From Candidatus Latescibacterota bacterium (GTDB lineage Bacteria; Latescibacterota; UBA2968): 64,000 bases of DNA. The stretch is taken from positions 6,016,001 to 6,080,000 of the forward strand of contig OZ240241.1 in NCBI GenBank assembly GCA_965198115.1. Reading direction: 5' to 3'. The number at the start of each line of letters is the position of its first letter. The first letter of the stretch is position 1. This document shows positions 21,504 to 32,592 of this stretch, piece by piece. The notes below the pieces were generated by a model. The model searched no databases. It saw nothing but the letters and a program-made list of their open reading frames with translations, and was not told the origin of the DNA. A program made the position numbers and the translations under genes.

Positions 21504-24500
21504 CTACCGATTCACGACAGCTACGGTTTTTTGGGTCTGCTCGCCGTTGGCATTAATGACAACGATGTAGAGACCGCTTCTGACGATTTCATTGCGATGA
21601 TCACGACCATCCCAGGTCAGGAGATTGCGCCCTGCATTCATTTGACGACCTGGCTCGAGGACGCGTTGTAAACGTCCCCCGCGGTCGTAGATCTCGACAC
21701 GCACGGTGGCGGTCGCACCCAGATCGAAAGAGAGATCCGTGGTGGTGACGAGTGAGGGTATGGCGATCCGAGGACGTCCCGGTCCCGGTGGAGCCAAGCG
21801 GCGACCAGCGGGAGAGAAGGCCCGGTTGGAGAACTCGATATTTGAAATGGAGCCTGTCCCACCGGCTCCTGATCCGCCGATGAAGAGGCCATAGGTGCCG
21901 AAGTCGGAGATGGAAACCCGGACGACCTGCTGTTCGATCGTGCCTCCGACACGCGTCCATTCGCCCCCCACAAGCCGGAAGATGGCAAGTTGGTCGGATG
22001 TCGTAGCCCCGGGTATGACGATACTGAACGTGGCGGGCTTTCGAAGTTCGATGACCGGTTCGGATGTGATTACGTAGGCCAGGGCCGATGTTTCCGTCGC
22101 CTCGGACGGTGCCGAGTCGATGAAAACGGTCTCGATCTGCACGTCGGGATTCTGGGATAACGTATCGGGCAAGACATTGGGCGAGAGTTCGAGCGTGGCT
22201 GCGCCATCGCTGCTCTGCACGAGGCCGCCCTGACCCCGCGCGATCAGAGCGGGTATGACGGACTCGAAGGGGTTCATCGTGTTCCCCTTCAGGTCGATCG
22301 CCCCCTCCACGCGCACGATGACCGTACCACCCGGTGTCTGCTCCGTGATTTCCACTTCACCGATCCAGAGTCCCCCGCTGTAACTGATCTGTTCGAAAGG
22401 AAGGGGATCATCGATGCCCGTGAGTTGGAGTGTGACCGTGGGGCTGACGGTGTTGTCCATCCCGGCCGGTTCATCTGAGAAGTTGAGTACCACACTGGCT
22501 CTGCGACCTGTTGCCAGCACACGCGGTCTTACCTGAACGCTGTCTACGACCGGTTCAACGGTGTCGACGAGGAAAGACTGTTCGACGCTCCAGGCGGACG
22601 CAAGGAAGCCGAGGTCGACGCTGCGGATCGCCCAGAAATAGGTGCCGGTTTCGAGGTTGATCAGCTGTAGGGATGATCCTCGAACATCGCCAAACCCCGT
22701 GGGACCTGCACCGGACCGAATTTCATTGCCGTCCGGTGTAGACCCGACTCGCACCTGATAGCTCAATGCACCGTCGGCCGTCGGGGTGGTTCCCCGATCG
22801 GTCGCCGGCAACCAACCGAGGGTCACGGCAGATCCCACACTGGCAGCAGTCAGGCCATCCGGAGCCTCGGGGTTGCGGTTCGGGTTGAATCGGGCTTCGA
22901 GGTTATCGTTGACGCGGCTGGACGGGACGAAACTGGCCGTCGCCTGCCCCATACTTGCGAGATCCAGGTCGCCGTCCGAATCAATGTCCGCCCAGGACAA
23001 CGACGAGGACGTGACGCCCACGAGAACATCGATCGGCTCCTGGCCGAACAGGCCATTGTCGTTCCTGTATAGCTGAAGTATCTGGCTCCCGTCCACCACA
23101 CCGCTCACGGCCAGGTCGAGGTCCCCGTCGTTGTCGAAATCTGCCCACCCCACTTCACCGGCTGCAAAACCCGTAAGGTTGGCGTCGATGCCTGTCAGCA
23201 AACCGGTCCCAGGATATAGGTCAACGCGCTGCTGCCGGAAGCATCGTCCCTGTTTGTCGTTCCCCGTCCGCCGATTCGCCCGATACGACGAGATCCAGGT
23301 CCCCATCACCGTCTGAATCCCCCCACGCGAGATCGCCCCCGCGTAACCCGGGGAGATCGATGGCAGGATCTTCTGTGACGGACCCCAGCGGTTCGTTCCG
23401 GGCAATGTAGGTGGCCGGTTCGGACGTATTGGTGTGGCCGGTGACGGCGAGGTCAAGGTCTCCATCGTTGTCGACATCGGCCCAGGCAACGGACCCGACG
23501 ACGCGTGTGGCGCTGAAGAATCGGTCCTCGCGCAGAATCCCGGCGGCATTCGTGAACAACTGAAGCGTGGCTTCCCACGTCGCATTCCAGCCGGACAGGA
23601 CGAGATCGAGGTCGCCGTCGTTATCGTAATCCGCCCAGGCCAGATCGCCACCGGATACGGGTGTGAGATCGGCGTTGCCGGTGTCCTGGACGAGGGTTCC
23701 GAGGGGCTCGTTCAGGTAGATCACGGCCTGACGGAATCCGTCTGTTCCATAGCCGGTCGCGGCGAGGTCGAGGTCGCCGTCTCCGTCCAGATCGCCCCAG
23801 GCCAGTCGCCCGCCATACAGGTTGATCAGCCTGTCGGAGTTGGGTTCGTCCAGGACAAGGGTCGAAGGTCCGCCAAGGGGGCTACCGATTCGGCCCGCAT
23901 CGATTCGACCATTGCGGAAGAGAACGGTGCGTGGGTCTCCGCCGGCGGCCGGGAGGCCCAAGGCGATGAGGTCGGGGTCGGCGGTCGTGATGCCCGATGC
24001 GATGAGGTCGAGGTCACCATCGTTGTCGACATCGCCCCAGGCAAGGGCGCTGTAGCGAAGGTTCTCGGCTCGCAGCGCGGGTTGCGCGGCATCTTCGGTG
24101 AAGCTGCCTGCCTGGTTCACGTAGAGGCTGAGCGTACCTACGCCGGACGCCGTCGCACCGGACAGGGCGATGTCGAGATCGCCGTCGCCATCGTAGTCTC
24201 CGAAGGCGGCTTGCCCGAGGTGGATGTTGTCGAAGGTGTCCGTTGTGGCGGAAAGGACCCCGCCCTGGCTGAGATAGAGTTGGGTCAGAGGGCTGCAGGT
24301 GTCGGCCGGTCCAGTGAGCCCGGTGACCAGCAGGTCTGGATCGCCATCGCCGTCGACATCGGCCCAAGATGTGGAGGAGGCCCAGACGCCCGTGAGGGTC
24401 GACGATTGGGTAAAAGTCTGCCCTTCGACCGTGGGGATCGAAGCCGCGATAAGAGTAGCCGCGGCGAGCGCTCGGAAGATGATGGACTTCCCTGCCCGCG

Positions 24501-24522
24501 GACAGGAGATGCGATGACTCAA
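21504..24522 (-). CDS. FG-GAP repeat protein with FN3/Ig domains and FlgD-Ig/T9SS-like C-terminal domain; disrupted at ~23200-23260
   Basis: TTG 24522 with AGAAGGA RBS, signal peptide, WADxDxDGDLDL repeats in ORF 23221-24609, continuing in ORF 21504-23651 with FN3 (TYFWAIRSVD) and EIYDRGGR...WDGRD...SGLYIV...KTVAVV. Confidence 0.85.
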
Positions 24523-24643
24523 GTGGTGTCCTTCTCGTGGCCCGTTGGAGGCTCCAAAACTACCCGTAAAACGCCGGGCAATGTAGTGAGCGGCGGACCG
24601 TAAAGTCAAGCTTTTGAGGCTTTACGAATGTTGGAAGGAACAC

Positions 24644-24681
24644 AAAAGGGCCGTCGGCCCTGATGACCGACGGCCCCCTTT
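24644..24681 (-). terminator. Intrinsic terminator after the giant surface protein
   Basis: GGGCCGTCGG...CCGACGGCCC stem followed by a T-tract on the minus strand. Confidence 0.75.
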
Positions 24682-24702
24682 CCTGCAATGCTGCCCGTGA
24701 AC

Positions 24703-27700
24703 CTATTTGAGCAGCAACATCTTGTGGACCTGCGAGTAGGTCTGGGTCTCGCTGGTCGCGTGGACGCGGTAGAGATACACGCCGCTGGCCACACCCCGTC
24801 CGAACCGGTCCTTGCCGTTCCATCGCAGGGCGTAAAACCCGGGGACGTGCCGCTCGTCGGCGAGCGTGATGATTTCCTGTCCGAGGATGTTGTAGACGAT
24901 CAGCGAGAGATCGGCTGCTTCGGGAACCGCATAGCGAATCGTCGTCTCGGGGTTGAACGGGTTGGGGAAGTTGTGCTCGAGCGCAAAGTCCTCGGGTAAC
25001 AACGACAGACGCGCACCGATGTTTTCGGCGGCGCTGACGACGAGGCTTCCATCGATGATGAGACCTTCAACGATGTTCAGAAGATCGCCTTGCGGATGGT
25101 CCTCAGTCAGGATGAACCGGACCCGCGCGAAGGTCCCCTCGGCTGCCGTTACGGCATCGCCCATCGTCACGGCCCCGGCGATAAAGACCTCTTCGGCCTC
25201 GGCGTCGTGGTCGAGCACACCGAAGGCTTCGGCCTCACGTCCGTCGATCAACAACAGGCCGTCGGGCTGATACGCCTCGACAAACTTCAAGGACGCGGGA
25301 TCGTAGTCCAGGGTAATCCCCATCCCCTTCAGGTCCCGGGCGTTCTGGACGGTAATGTCGACCACCCACTCCCCACCCGATTCGCTGCTGACCGGGCGAC
25401 CGACGAGTTCGATCCGCGTGGTCGTGTCGATGCTGTAGGCCGCGATGACCGCCGACTTGGATGCGGCGGCGTCGGGTTGCACGTAGGTCAGGTTGAACCG
25501 GTTTACCATCTGGACGAAGTCGGTGAAGTTGACCAAACCGTCGTTGTTGAAATCACCTCCATCGATGAAGTTCGCATCGCCGCTCGCCGAGTTGAAGGCT
25601 CCGACGAGCGATACGAAGTCGGTGAAGTTGACGGCAAAATCGCCGTTGATGTCACCTATATACGGTGGCTCTTCGAGGTCGACGGCAAAAGATCCCGTCA
25701 GGAATTCGCTGTCGAACGTCCCATCGCTCGCCTTGATCCGGTAGTGATAGGTCGTGCCGTCGTCGAGCGTGCGGTCTACGGTCCACGCCGTGATGGCGCG
25801 GCTGTCGGTCGAGCCGAGACCCGCACCCTCGGCCAGGCCCGATTCGACGGTAATCGCATCCGTGAACTCGGATGTCGTCGAAATCTGGAAAGTGTAGGTG
25901 AGATCGGCGCCGGGGTTGAGGTCGGACGCCGAGCTATTGTTGACGACGAACGTCGGCGAGGCCGGATCGCCCTGTTTGACGAACAGAGACGGCACCGACG
26001 GTCCCCCATCGGCGGCGGGTGTGACGGATCCCGTCGCGTCGGACGGATCGCTCTGTGTCTGCTGCAGGCCCAGTGCCCGGATGCGATAGTCGTAGTTCGT
26101 GCCGTTGACGACGTTGTTGTCGATGTAGGTGGTGATGTTCTCGAGCGTCGCGATGGGCGAGAAGTCCCCGCTTCCTTCGGATCGCTCGATGACATTCCCG
26201 GTGAGGCCGCCCGATGTGCTTTCCGTCCAGGTCAATGCAACAACGTTGTTTCCGGCCGTTGCGGCCAACGCAGTCGGGGGAACCACGGTCGGCGATTCAC
26301 CCTCTGCGAGGGTCGTGAAAGTGAGCAGGCTGCCCGAAGCCGGCCCGTTCCCGGACCGGTCGATGGATTCAACCTGGTAGGAATACTCGGTGCTCGCCGT
26401 GAGATTCGTGAGGGTGACGGAGTGGTCGGTCACGTCTTACGCGTCGCCCGAATTGAAGTCCAAACTGCCGCTCAGCCCGAACTGAACCGAGCTGTCGGAC
26501 AGCTCGTTCGTACTCCAGGTGACGACGGCCTCGTTGTCGGAAGCGACGACCGAAACGCTGCTGATTTCGGGTTGTAGGATGTCGGGTTCGGACTCGGTCG
26601 TGAACTCGAGAATCGAGCTCGTCGCCGGGCCGTTGTTGCTCTGATCGATCGACGCGACCTGGTAGAAGTAGGGCGTTCCCGCGTCGAGGTTGGTGAGGGT
26701 CAGGCTATGGGTGGTGTTGAAGTCTTCTTCAGTGACGATCTCAGTCAGGTTGTCGGACGCCGTGCCGAATGAGATTTCGGCGTCGGCTGCCTCGCTCGTC
26801 ACCCAGCTGATCGTCGCCTGACGATCGTTGAGGTAGATGACCGATGGGTTGGTGGAAATGACCGGTGCTGTGAGATCTTCGGAAGCAGGTGTCGATCCGA
26901 ACACGACCGCACTCTTGGTCGCGCCGTTGCCTGACGCGTCCGTCGATCCAACCTGGTAGGCAAAGGTCGATCCTGCCGCGAGTTTTGTGAGCACCAAACG
27001 GTGCGTGGTCTCGTTCGTTCCCGAAACTTCCTGGCCATCAAGGGTGGATTCGTCTGTCCCAAAATCAACCGTGCTGTTTGCACTCTCGTCCGTTTCCCAC
27101 TCGACTGTGAGACTCGACGAGGTGCTGGCGACGACGGTCGGGCCACCCGTGATAACCGGGAATTGCGTGTCTTCCTCGGTCGAGGTCGTAAAGCTTCCGA
27201 ACCCACCGGGGACCTGCTTCTTCGTCGTTGTCGGGTCGATGCCCAGAACCGTGTTTCCGGCTGCGTCGGTCGAACTGACCTGGAACAGGTAGTCGAGTCC
27301 AGGTGCGAGTCCGGTGACCGTTACAGAATGGCCACGTACAAGCTCGTTGTCCTCGAAAACGATCTTCGAGGCGTCCCCAAAGATGGGTGCGCTCTCGATT
27401 GACGCGTCGGGAGAACCCGGCAGGACACCGACGGCCACGCTGGAGGTCGACAGCTTGTCCGTGCGCCAGTGGAAGATGACGAAGTCGTCGCCGATCTCTG
27501 CGAGCGGACCTTCCAGGATGATCGGCGGGTTCGTGTCCTCGGACAATCGCGTAGTGAAAGTGTGATCGTTGCTGAGACCTAGTACCGCCGCATTCGCGTC
27601 GGTCGTGACGATGTTCCCCGCGGCATCCGCGGATCCGACGGCATAATGGTATTCCGTGCCGGGCACCAGATCGGTGATGGTCTGGGAATGGAATCGTGCT

Positions 27701-30700
27701 CCCTCGGCTGTTTCGAAGAAGTTGTCGTAGTCGATCGTCAGACCGTAAGAGAGCCGTGTGTCGGCCGGCACGTCGGTCAACCACTCGATGGTCGCCGAGG
27801 TTGCCTGGAGATTGACGACGCGGGGTCCACGTGTGATGGTCGGTGGCGTGTCGTCTTCGATGAGAGGTGTCGTGAACGACAGCCCCTCCGTGATGCTTTC
27901 GTTTCCTTCCGTATCGACCGTCGTCACTTCATACGTGTATGTGGTACCTGCAATCAATCCCGCCAGTCTCAGGGCGTGCCGTCTTTCGACGCTCAGGTCT
28001 TCGACGGACTCTTCGTCCTCGCTTCCCTGTTTGGCCGCTGCTTCGGGCCGGAAGGTGATGATGGCGCTGTGAATCTCGTTGGCGCCCCACGTAATCGTCG
28101 CCCCGTTGGGAGTGACACCGATCGCGACGGGTCGCGAGAATACGACGGGAGCCACTGTGTCGGGCGCGCCGAGGGTGGCGAACGAAAGCTCGCCAAGGTT
28201 ATAGGTTGGGCCATTTCCGGCCAGGTCGGTGACGGCGAGTTGGTTGGTCAGTCGGATTTCGTGACGCCGTGCCGGTGCGGTGGTCGTGATCGACTCACCC
28301 TGGATTCCAGTCGTGTCTCCCAACACACTCGTCGTCGAGTCGTATTGGACCGTAACGGTCGCCGGCTCGTTCGTTTGGAGCACGATGAGGGCCTCAGTAT
28401 TGCTCCGGCGAGGCACGACGGGCGGCCTCACGATTCTGGCATCGACCGTGTCTTCATCGGCCGTTGTCCTGAAGGCGAACATCTCGCTCAGTATTTCATT
28501 GCCTGATGCATCGACTGACCGGACCTGATACGCATAGGCCGTGTCGGCCAGCAAGTTGGACAGCGCGAGACGGTGCTCGTTCACAAGATCGTCCACGACG
28601 AGGCTGTCCGTCAGGTCGGCGGAAACCTGTTTGGCAACGCCGCCGACGGCCGATCCTAGCGCATAGAAGATCGCGCTGCTGCTTGGTTTGGTGGTGATCC
28701 ACCGGACGGCGGCCGCATTGAAGCCCGTGGCGATTGCCGGCCGTCCGACGATGCGGGGTCGCTGCGTATCGACGGTGGTACGCAGCTGGAATCGCCGTGG
28801 TTGCGGAGTTTCGAATGTGTTACCGAGTGCGTCCGTCAAACTGAGCGAGAAAAAGTAGGGCTGGCCGGTCGTGAGCCCAGACAGTCGCAATTCGTGGATT
28901 TTGGACTCTTCGGTACTGCTGACTGTCTCTGTCAGGGCGGCCTGGTCCGTACCGAATGACACAACGGCGTTCGAGGTTTCATCCGTCTCAAGGACGATGG
29001 TCACGCCGTCGGTCGTGATACCGACGGCTGCGGGACCCCTCACGATGCGTGGCGGCCGCGTATCGGCCATCCTGCGCGTGACGAGGATGAGCGGTCTGTT
29101 CGGGAACGGTTCGGATTCACGCCCCTGGGAGTCGATGGCAGTCACTTGATAGAAATAGCGGGTTCCGGGTGAGAGACCCGTGAGCTCGACCCGATGACGC
29201 CTACCCGTCGTGGTTTCGGTGGCGGTCAGGTCGAGGTTGTTGGGATCGGTACCGGCCATCACGCTGCCTGTACCGTCTCGGTTCGTCCCCCACTGGATGA
29301 TGGCGGATTCGTTCGTGACGCGGAGTGGAACGACCGGGTCGGATACGACCGGGGCATCGCTGACATTGGAGCCGAGCGTGAGCGTGATGTTCGGCTCGAT
29401 GGTGGTTGGCGTTTCGGCGACGTAGGTCACCTGCGAGAAGGTGATCTGCGTTCCGCGAAATTCGGGTCGTGTGCGGAGACGGAGAAGACCGAGCGGAACG
29501 TTGCCGCTCACCGGCACGGACGACGTCGCCCTGACCGAGATCGAGTTGCCCTCGACGCTGATGAGGGACGGCGCGACACCACCGGGTGGTTCGATGTTCA
29601 GGACGGCGTTGGGTGTACCTTCGACGCCCGACGGAGGAAACGCAAGGCTTTCGACCGTGAGGGAGAGGCCGTTGAAGTTAGGGGCCAGTTCGATGAGCAG
29701 CGTGCCCGCTCGTGAGGGATCGGCTCCCGCGCTCACGGGAGAGAGGCTCCCGATGTCGAACGAAATGAGATCTCCGACGACCATGGGCTCGGAGAGCTTG
29801 ATTGTGAACGAACCGGTTGCGGAGGTGATGTTTTGGAACCGCACTCGGATCACTCATTCGGATCTGCGCCTGTACACCGAGGCCGCCTTCGAAGTTGGAC
29901 CCGAAGATCTCGACAGCGACGGTGGATCCCCCTTCGGCGATGACGGACAGCGACTGTGGAACGAGCGCGTTGTTGCCGGTACCGTTCTGAATATCGACGT
30001 CGCCATTCGCGAACGAGGAAGGGCTGGTGGGGGGTAAACCGCTCCCCGATGACGTCTGTACCCCACCCGTGGGTTCTATGTTGAGCACGGCGTTCGGCGC
30101 GCCTTCGACACCCGAAACCGAGAAAACGAGGGATTCGACGGTGAGAGACAGTCCATTGAAGTCGGGGGCGAGCTCGAGAATCAGAGTACCCGCCCGAGAC
30201 GGATCTGAACCGGCGTTAACACCGGTCAGGCTGCCGATGTCGAACGAGATGAGATCTCCGTCGATCATCGGCTCGGAGAGTTTGATCGTGAAGGAACCCG
30301 TGGCGGAGGTGACGGATTGGACCGCACTGGGGTCACTCATTCGGACTTCGACTTCAACCCCGAGGGCGCCTTCGAAGTTCAATCCGTAGACCTCGACGGC
30401 TACCGTCGATCCGCCGTCGGCGTGACCGAAAGCGCAGACGTATCGGGGCTGCCGTCACCCGATCCGACCTGGATGTCGAACGCTCCGTTGGCGAACGAAG
30501 ACGGCTGCGCGGTCGGCAGACCGCCTCCGTCACCTCCACCGTCGGCCCCGGGCACGGCGGCCACGAAGGGCGGCGCAGGAATAAATTCCGTCCCTTGGGG
30601 CGCGATGTCGTTCAGATCCACCTCAACCCGAACTCCGAAGCTCGTTACGTCAACCAGATTGCCGGCGAACATCTGGATGGGGATCGGGCCTCCCGGGTTC

Positions 30701-31309
30701 GCACGACTCCGATTTCGGTTTTGATTACCCGGATCCCTGTTCAGGTCGGCTGCGAACGTTTTGGGTATGGCACTCTGGTTCGCAGCTCCGAGTTCGATGT
30801 TGGGTTGCAACGTGGTCGTCCCGACAGAGACTTCCGAGGCCGTCAATTGCAGCGTGGTGAAGGTGGCCGACAGCGTAAACGTGAGTCTGCCGATGAACTG
30901 AAGCCCATCGCCGTCGTCGGCAGGGGCGAAAATACTGATCCAGTTGGCCCTGAGTTCGCTCCCATCGATCGATGCCGGCAACGTTTGTGGGAAGAAGGAC
31001 CCCCCCCGCCGTGACGATGCTCGAAGCGACGATGGCGCTGGGATCGCTGAGCTGAAAGACTACCTCGACGCCGTTCTGACCGGCGAAATCGGAGGCGAAG
31101 ACTTCGATGACTATCGTTTCACCTGGTAGGGCGATCACATCGCGTGTGTCCGTCAGGGCCTGATCGCCCGTGTCGACGGCAATGTCGATTCCGACCTGTT
31201 GCGCGTCGGCTGTACCCGGGCCAAGGGCCCAGAGGGAGAGGGCCACCGTGATGACGGCCAGCCCAATCCGGCTGATGTCGCAGAGGCTAAGCGTCCTCAC
31301 TCGACTCAT
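24703..31309 (-). CDS. Giant (~2200 aa) secreted protein: Ig/cohesin-like N-terminal repeats, ~10 FN3-like repeats, dockerin-like pair, cohesin-like domain, T9SS type-A-like CTD; broken by frameshifts (~30990, ~30420, ~29836) and an in-frame TAA (26439-26437)
   Basis: ATG 31309 with GGAGGA RBS and signal peptide; ORFs 30725-31426, 30400-30981, 29678-30382, 26437-29853 and 24703-26433 join; repeats HxxxLxxLxxGTxYxYQVxSxDxxGN; GDINGDFAVNFTDF / GDFNNDGLVNFTDF; LEHNFPNPFNPETTIRY...ASGVYLY...KMLLLK. Confidence 0.87.
29580..30525 (-). repeat. Intragenic tandem duplication (~480 bp unit)
   Basis: Two near-identical copies of RMSDPSAVQxxTSATGSFTIKLSEPMxxGDLISFDIGSL...AGxDPSRAGTLxxELAPxFNGLSLTVESL...GVEGxPNAVLNIEP, also recognisable at DNA level. 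Confidence 0.85.
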
Positions 31310-31475
31310 ACCATTCCTCCAAACGTGGGGGTATAGACCTAAATAGTCTTGGTTTCTGAACAAAAGAAGCCGTCTCGGATTCGATCCGTGATTGCAAAAT
31401 CTACTGACAATATGGTCGGGGGCCAAATGCTTGTCGTGACGGGCCCGTAGACACGTCTCGGAAGCAAGTATACGC

Positions 31476-32591
31476 CTACGGTTCCGCGAGTTCTGTGCGG
31501 TCGGTCACAGGGACCTGAGGATCCAGCTTTTTGCGAAAATGGCTGTCGAGGTCGGGCCCACCCATTGCGCGGAGGTCGTCGAGGATGAATAGATCGACGT
31601 TGGAACGGTCTTGAGGCACCCATCGACTGGCCTGCTCGGCGTCGAACAGGCCGATGACGGGTCTTCCCATGGATACGGCGAGGTGGAAGATGTCGGTGTT
31701 GGCCGCTACGACGCGGTCGCAGGCCCCGATCAGGGCTACCTGCCTGGGCAGATCTTCGTTCTGGAACATCAGGGCTCTTTGCCCGAGCACTTCCTTGATC
31801 TGGTTCGCTTCTTTTCGCTCGTGGTAGTTGAAGAAAATCAGGACCCGTGCGTTTTTGGCCGCCGCCTGCGCGATCGTGAGCCATTGCCTGACCGTCAGGC
31901 CCTCTGTGGGCGGCGCGCTCACATCGATTCCGACGTAGCGATCGTCGGGGCCTCCGCCGACGAGGAATCGATCGCGGATTTTCCGTGCTCCCTCATCCGA
32001 TACGGTCCACGAAACGCCTTCGCGCGCCTCGGGGATTCCGAGAAGATCGAGCAGCATGGAGAGCCGATCGGGTTCGTAGGCGGGCGCTTCTCCGGGTACG
32101 ATGCGAATGTTGAAGAAGGGTGTTTCGTCCTTGCGAAAACCGACTCGAATGCGAGCACCGCTTTTGTAACAAAAATAGATGGGGCAAAAGTCCTCATCGG
32201 TACAGAAGCAGAAGGCGAGATCGTATTGTCGTTGGCGGAGCGAAGAGATGACCTCACGCCGTCTCGGCCCGAGCGGTAGCAGGAAATTGTCGTAAAGGAA
32301 GACGTTGTCGATGAAGGGGATCTCGCCCGCGATGTAGCCTTTTTTGCGATGGGCGAGCAAATCGAGACTGGCTTCGGGATATCGTTCTCGGATCGCCCAG
32401 AACTTAGAGGCGCCGATGAACAGGCCACCCGGCCGACTGTCGGGTACGAGCAGGATGCGGCTGGGATTCTGGAGCGCATCGGCCACGGAGAAGGCGGGTT
32501 CCGAGTCGGCCGGCTTGGGTTCTGCCAGTTGAACTGCGAGGGGGGTCACGAGGGTGCGCCGCATCCAGTGCTGCAGACGAATCGCCGCCAC
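31476..32591 (-). CDS. Glycosyltransferase family 9 (heptosyltransferase-like) protein
   Basis: RILLVP, IRERYPEASLDLL, LRQRQYDLAF, SGARIRVGF, HLAVSMGRPVIGLF; GTG 32591 just downstream of the ATPase stop. Confidence 0.78.
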   Translation of the reverse strand: MAAIRLQHWMRRTLVTPLAVQLAEPKPADSEPAFSVADALQNPSRILLVPDSRPGGLFIGASKFWAIRERYPEASLDLLAHRKKGYIAGEIPFIDNVFLYDNFLLPLGPRRREVISSLRQRQYDLAFCFCTDEDFCPIYFCYKSGARIRVGFRKDETPFFNIRIVPGEAPAYEPDRLSMLLDLLGIPEAREGVSWTVSDEGARKIRDRFLVGGGPDDRYVGIDVSAPPTEGLTVRQWLTIAQAAAKNARVLIFFNYHERKEANQIKEVLGQRALMFQNEDLPRQVALIGACDRVVAANTDIFHLAVSMGRPVIGLFDAEQASRWVPQDRSNVDLFILDDLRAMGGPDLDSHFRKKLDPQVPVTDRTELAEP

Positions 32592-32592
32592 G

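Noticed and set aside
20587-24522. Regularly spaced GTCGAGGTCGCCGTC-like DNA repeats as a CRISPR array
   Set aside because: They encode DGDLD FG-GAP repeats with synonymous variation; no cas genes
20516-26439. Stop-codon reassignment or pyrrolysine decoding to explain the in-frame TAG (20518) and TAA (26439)
   Set aside because: Two different codons are involved, many intact genes end normally in TAG and TAA, and the same region has many indels, so error or decay is simpler
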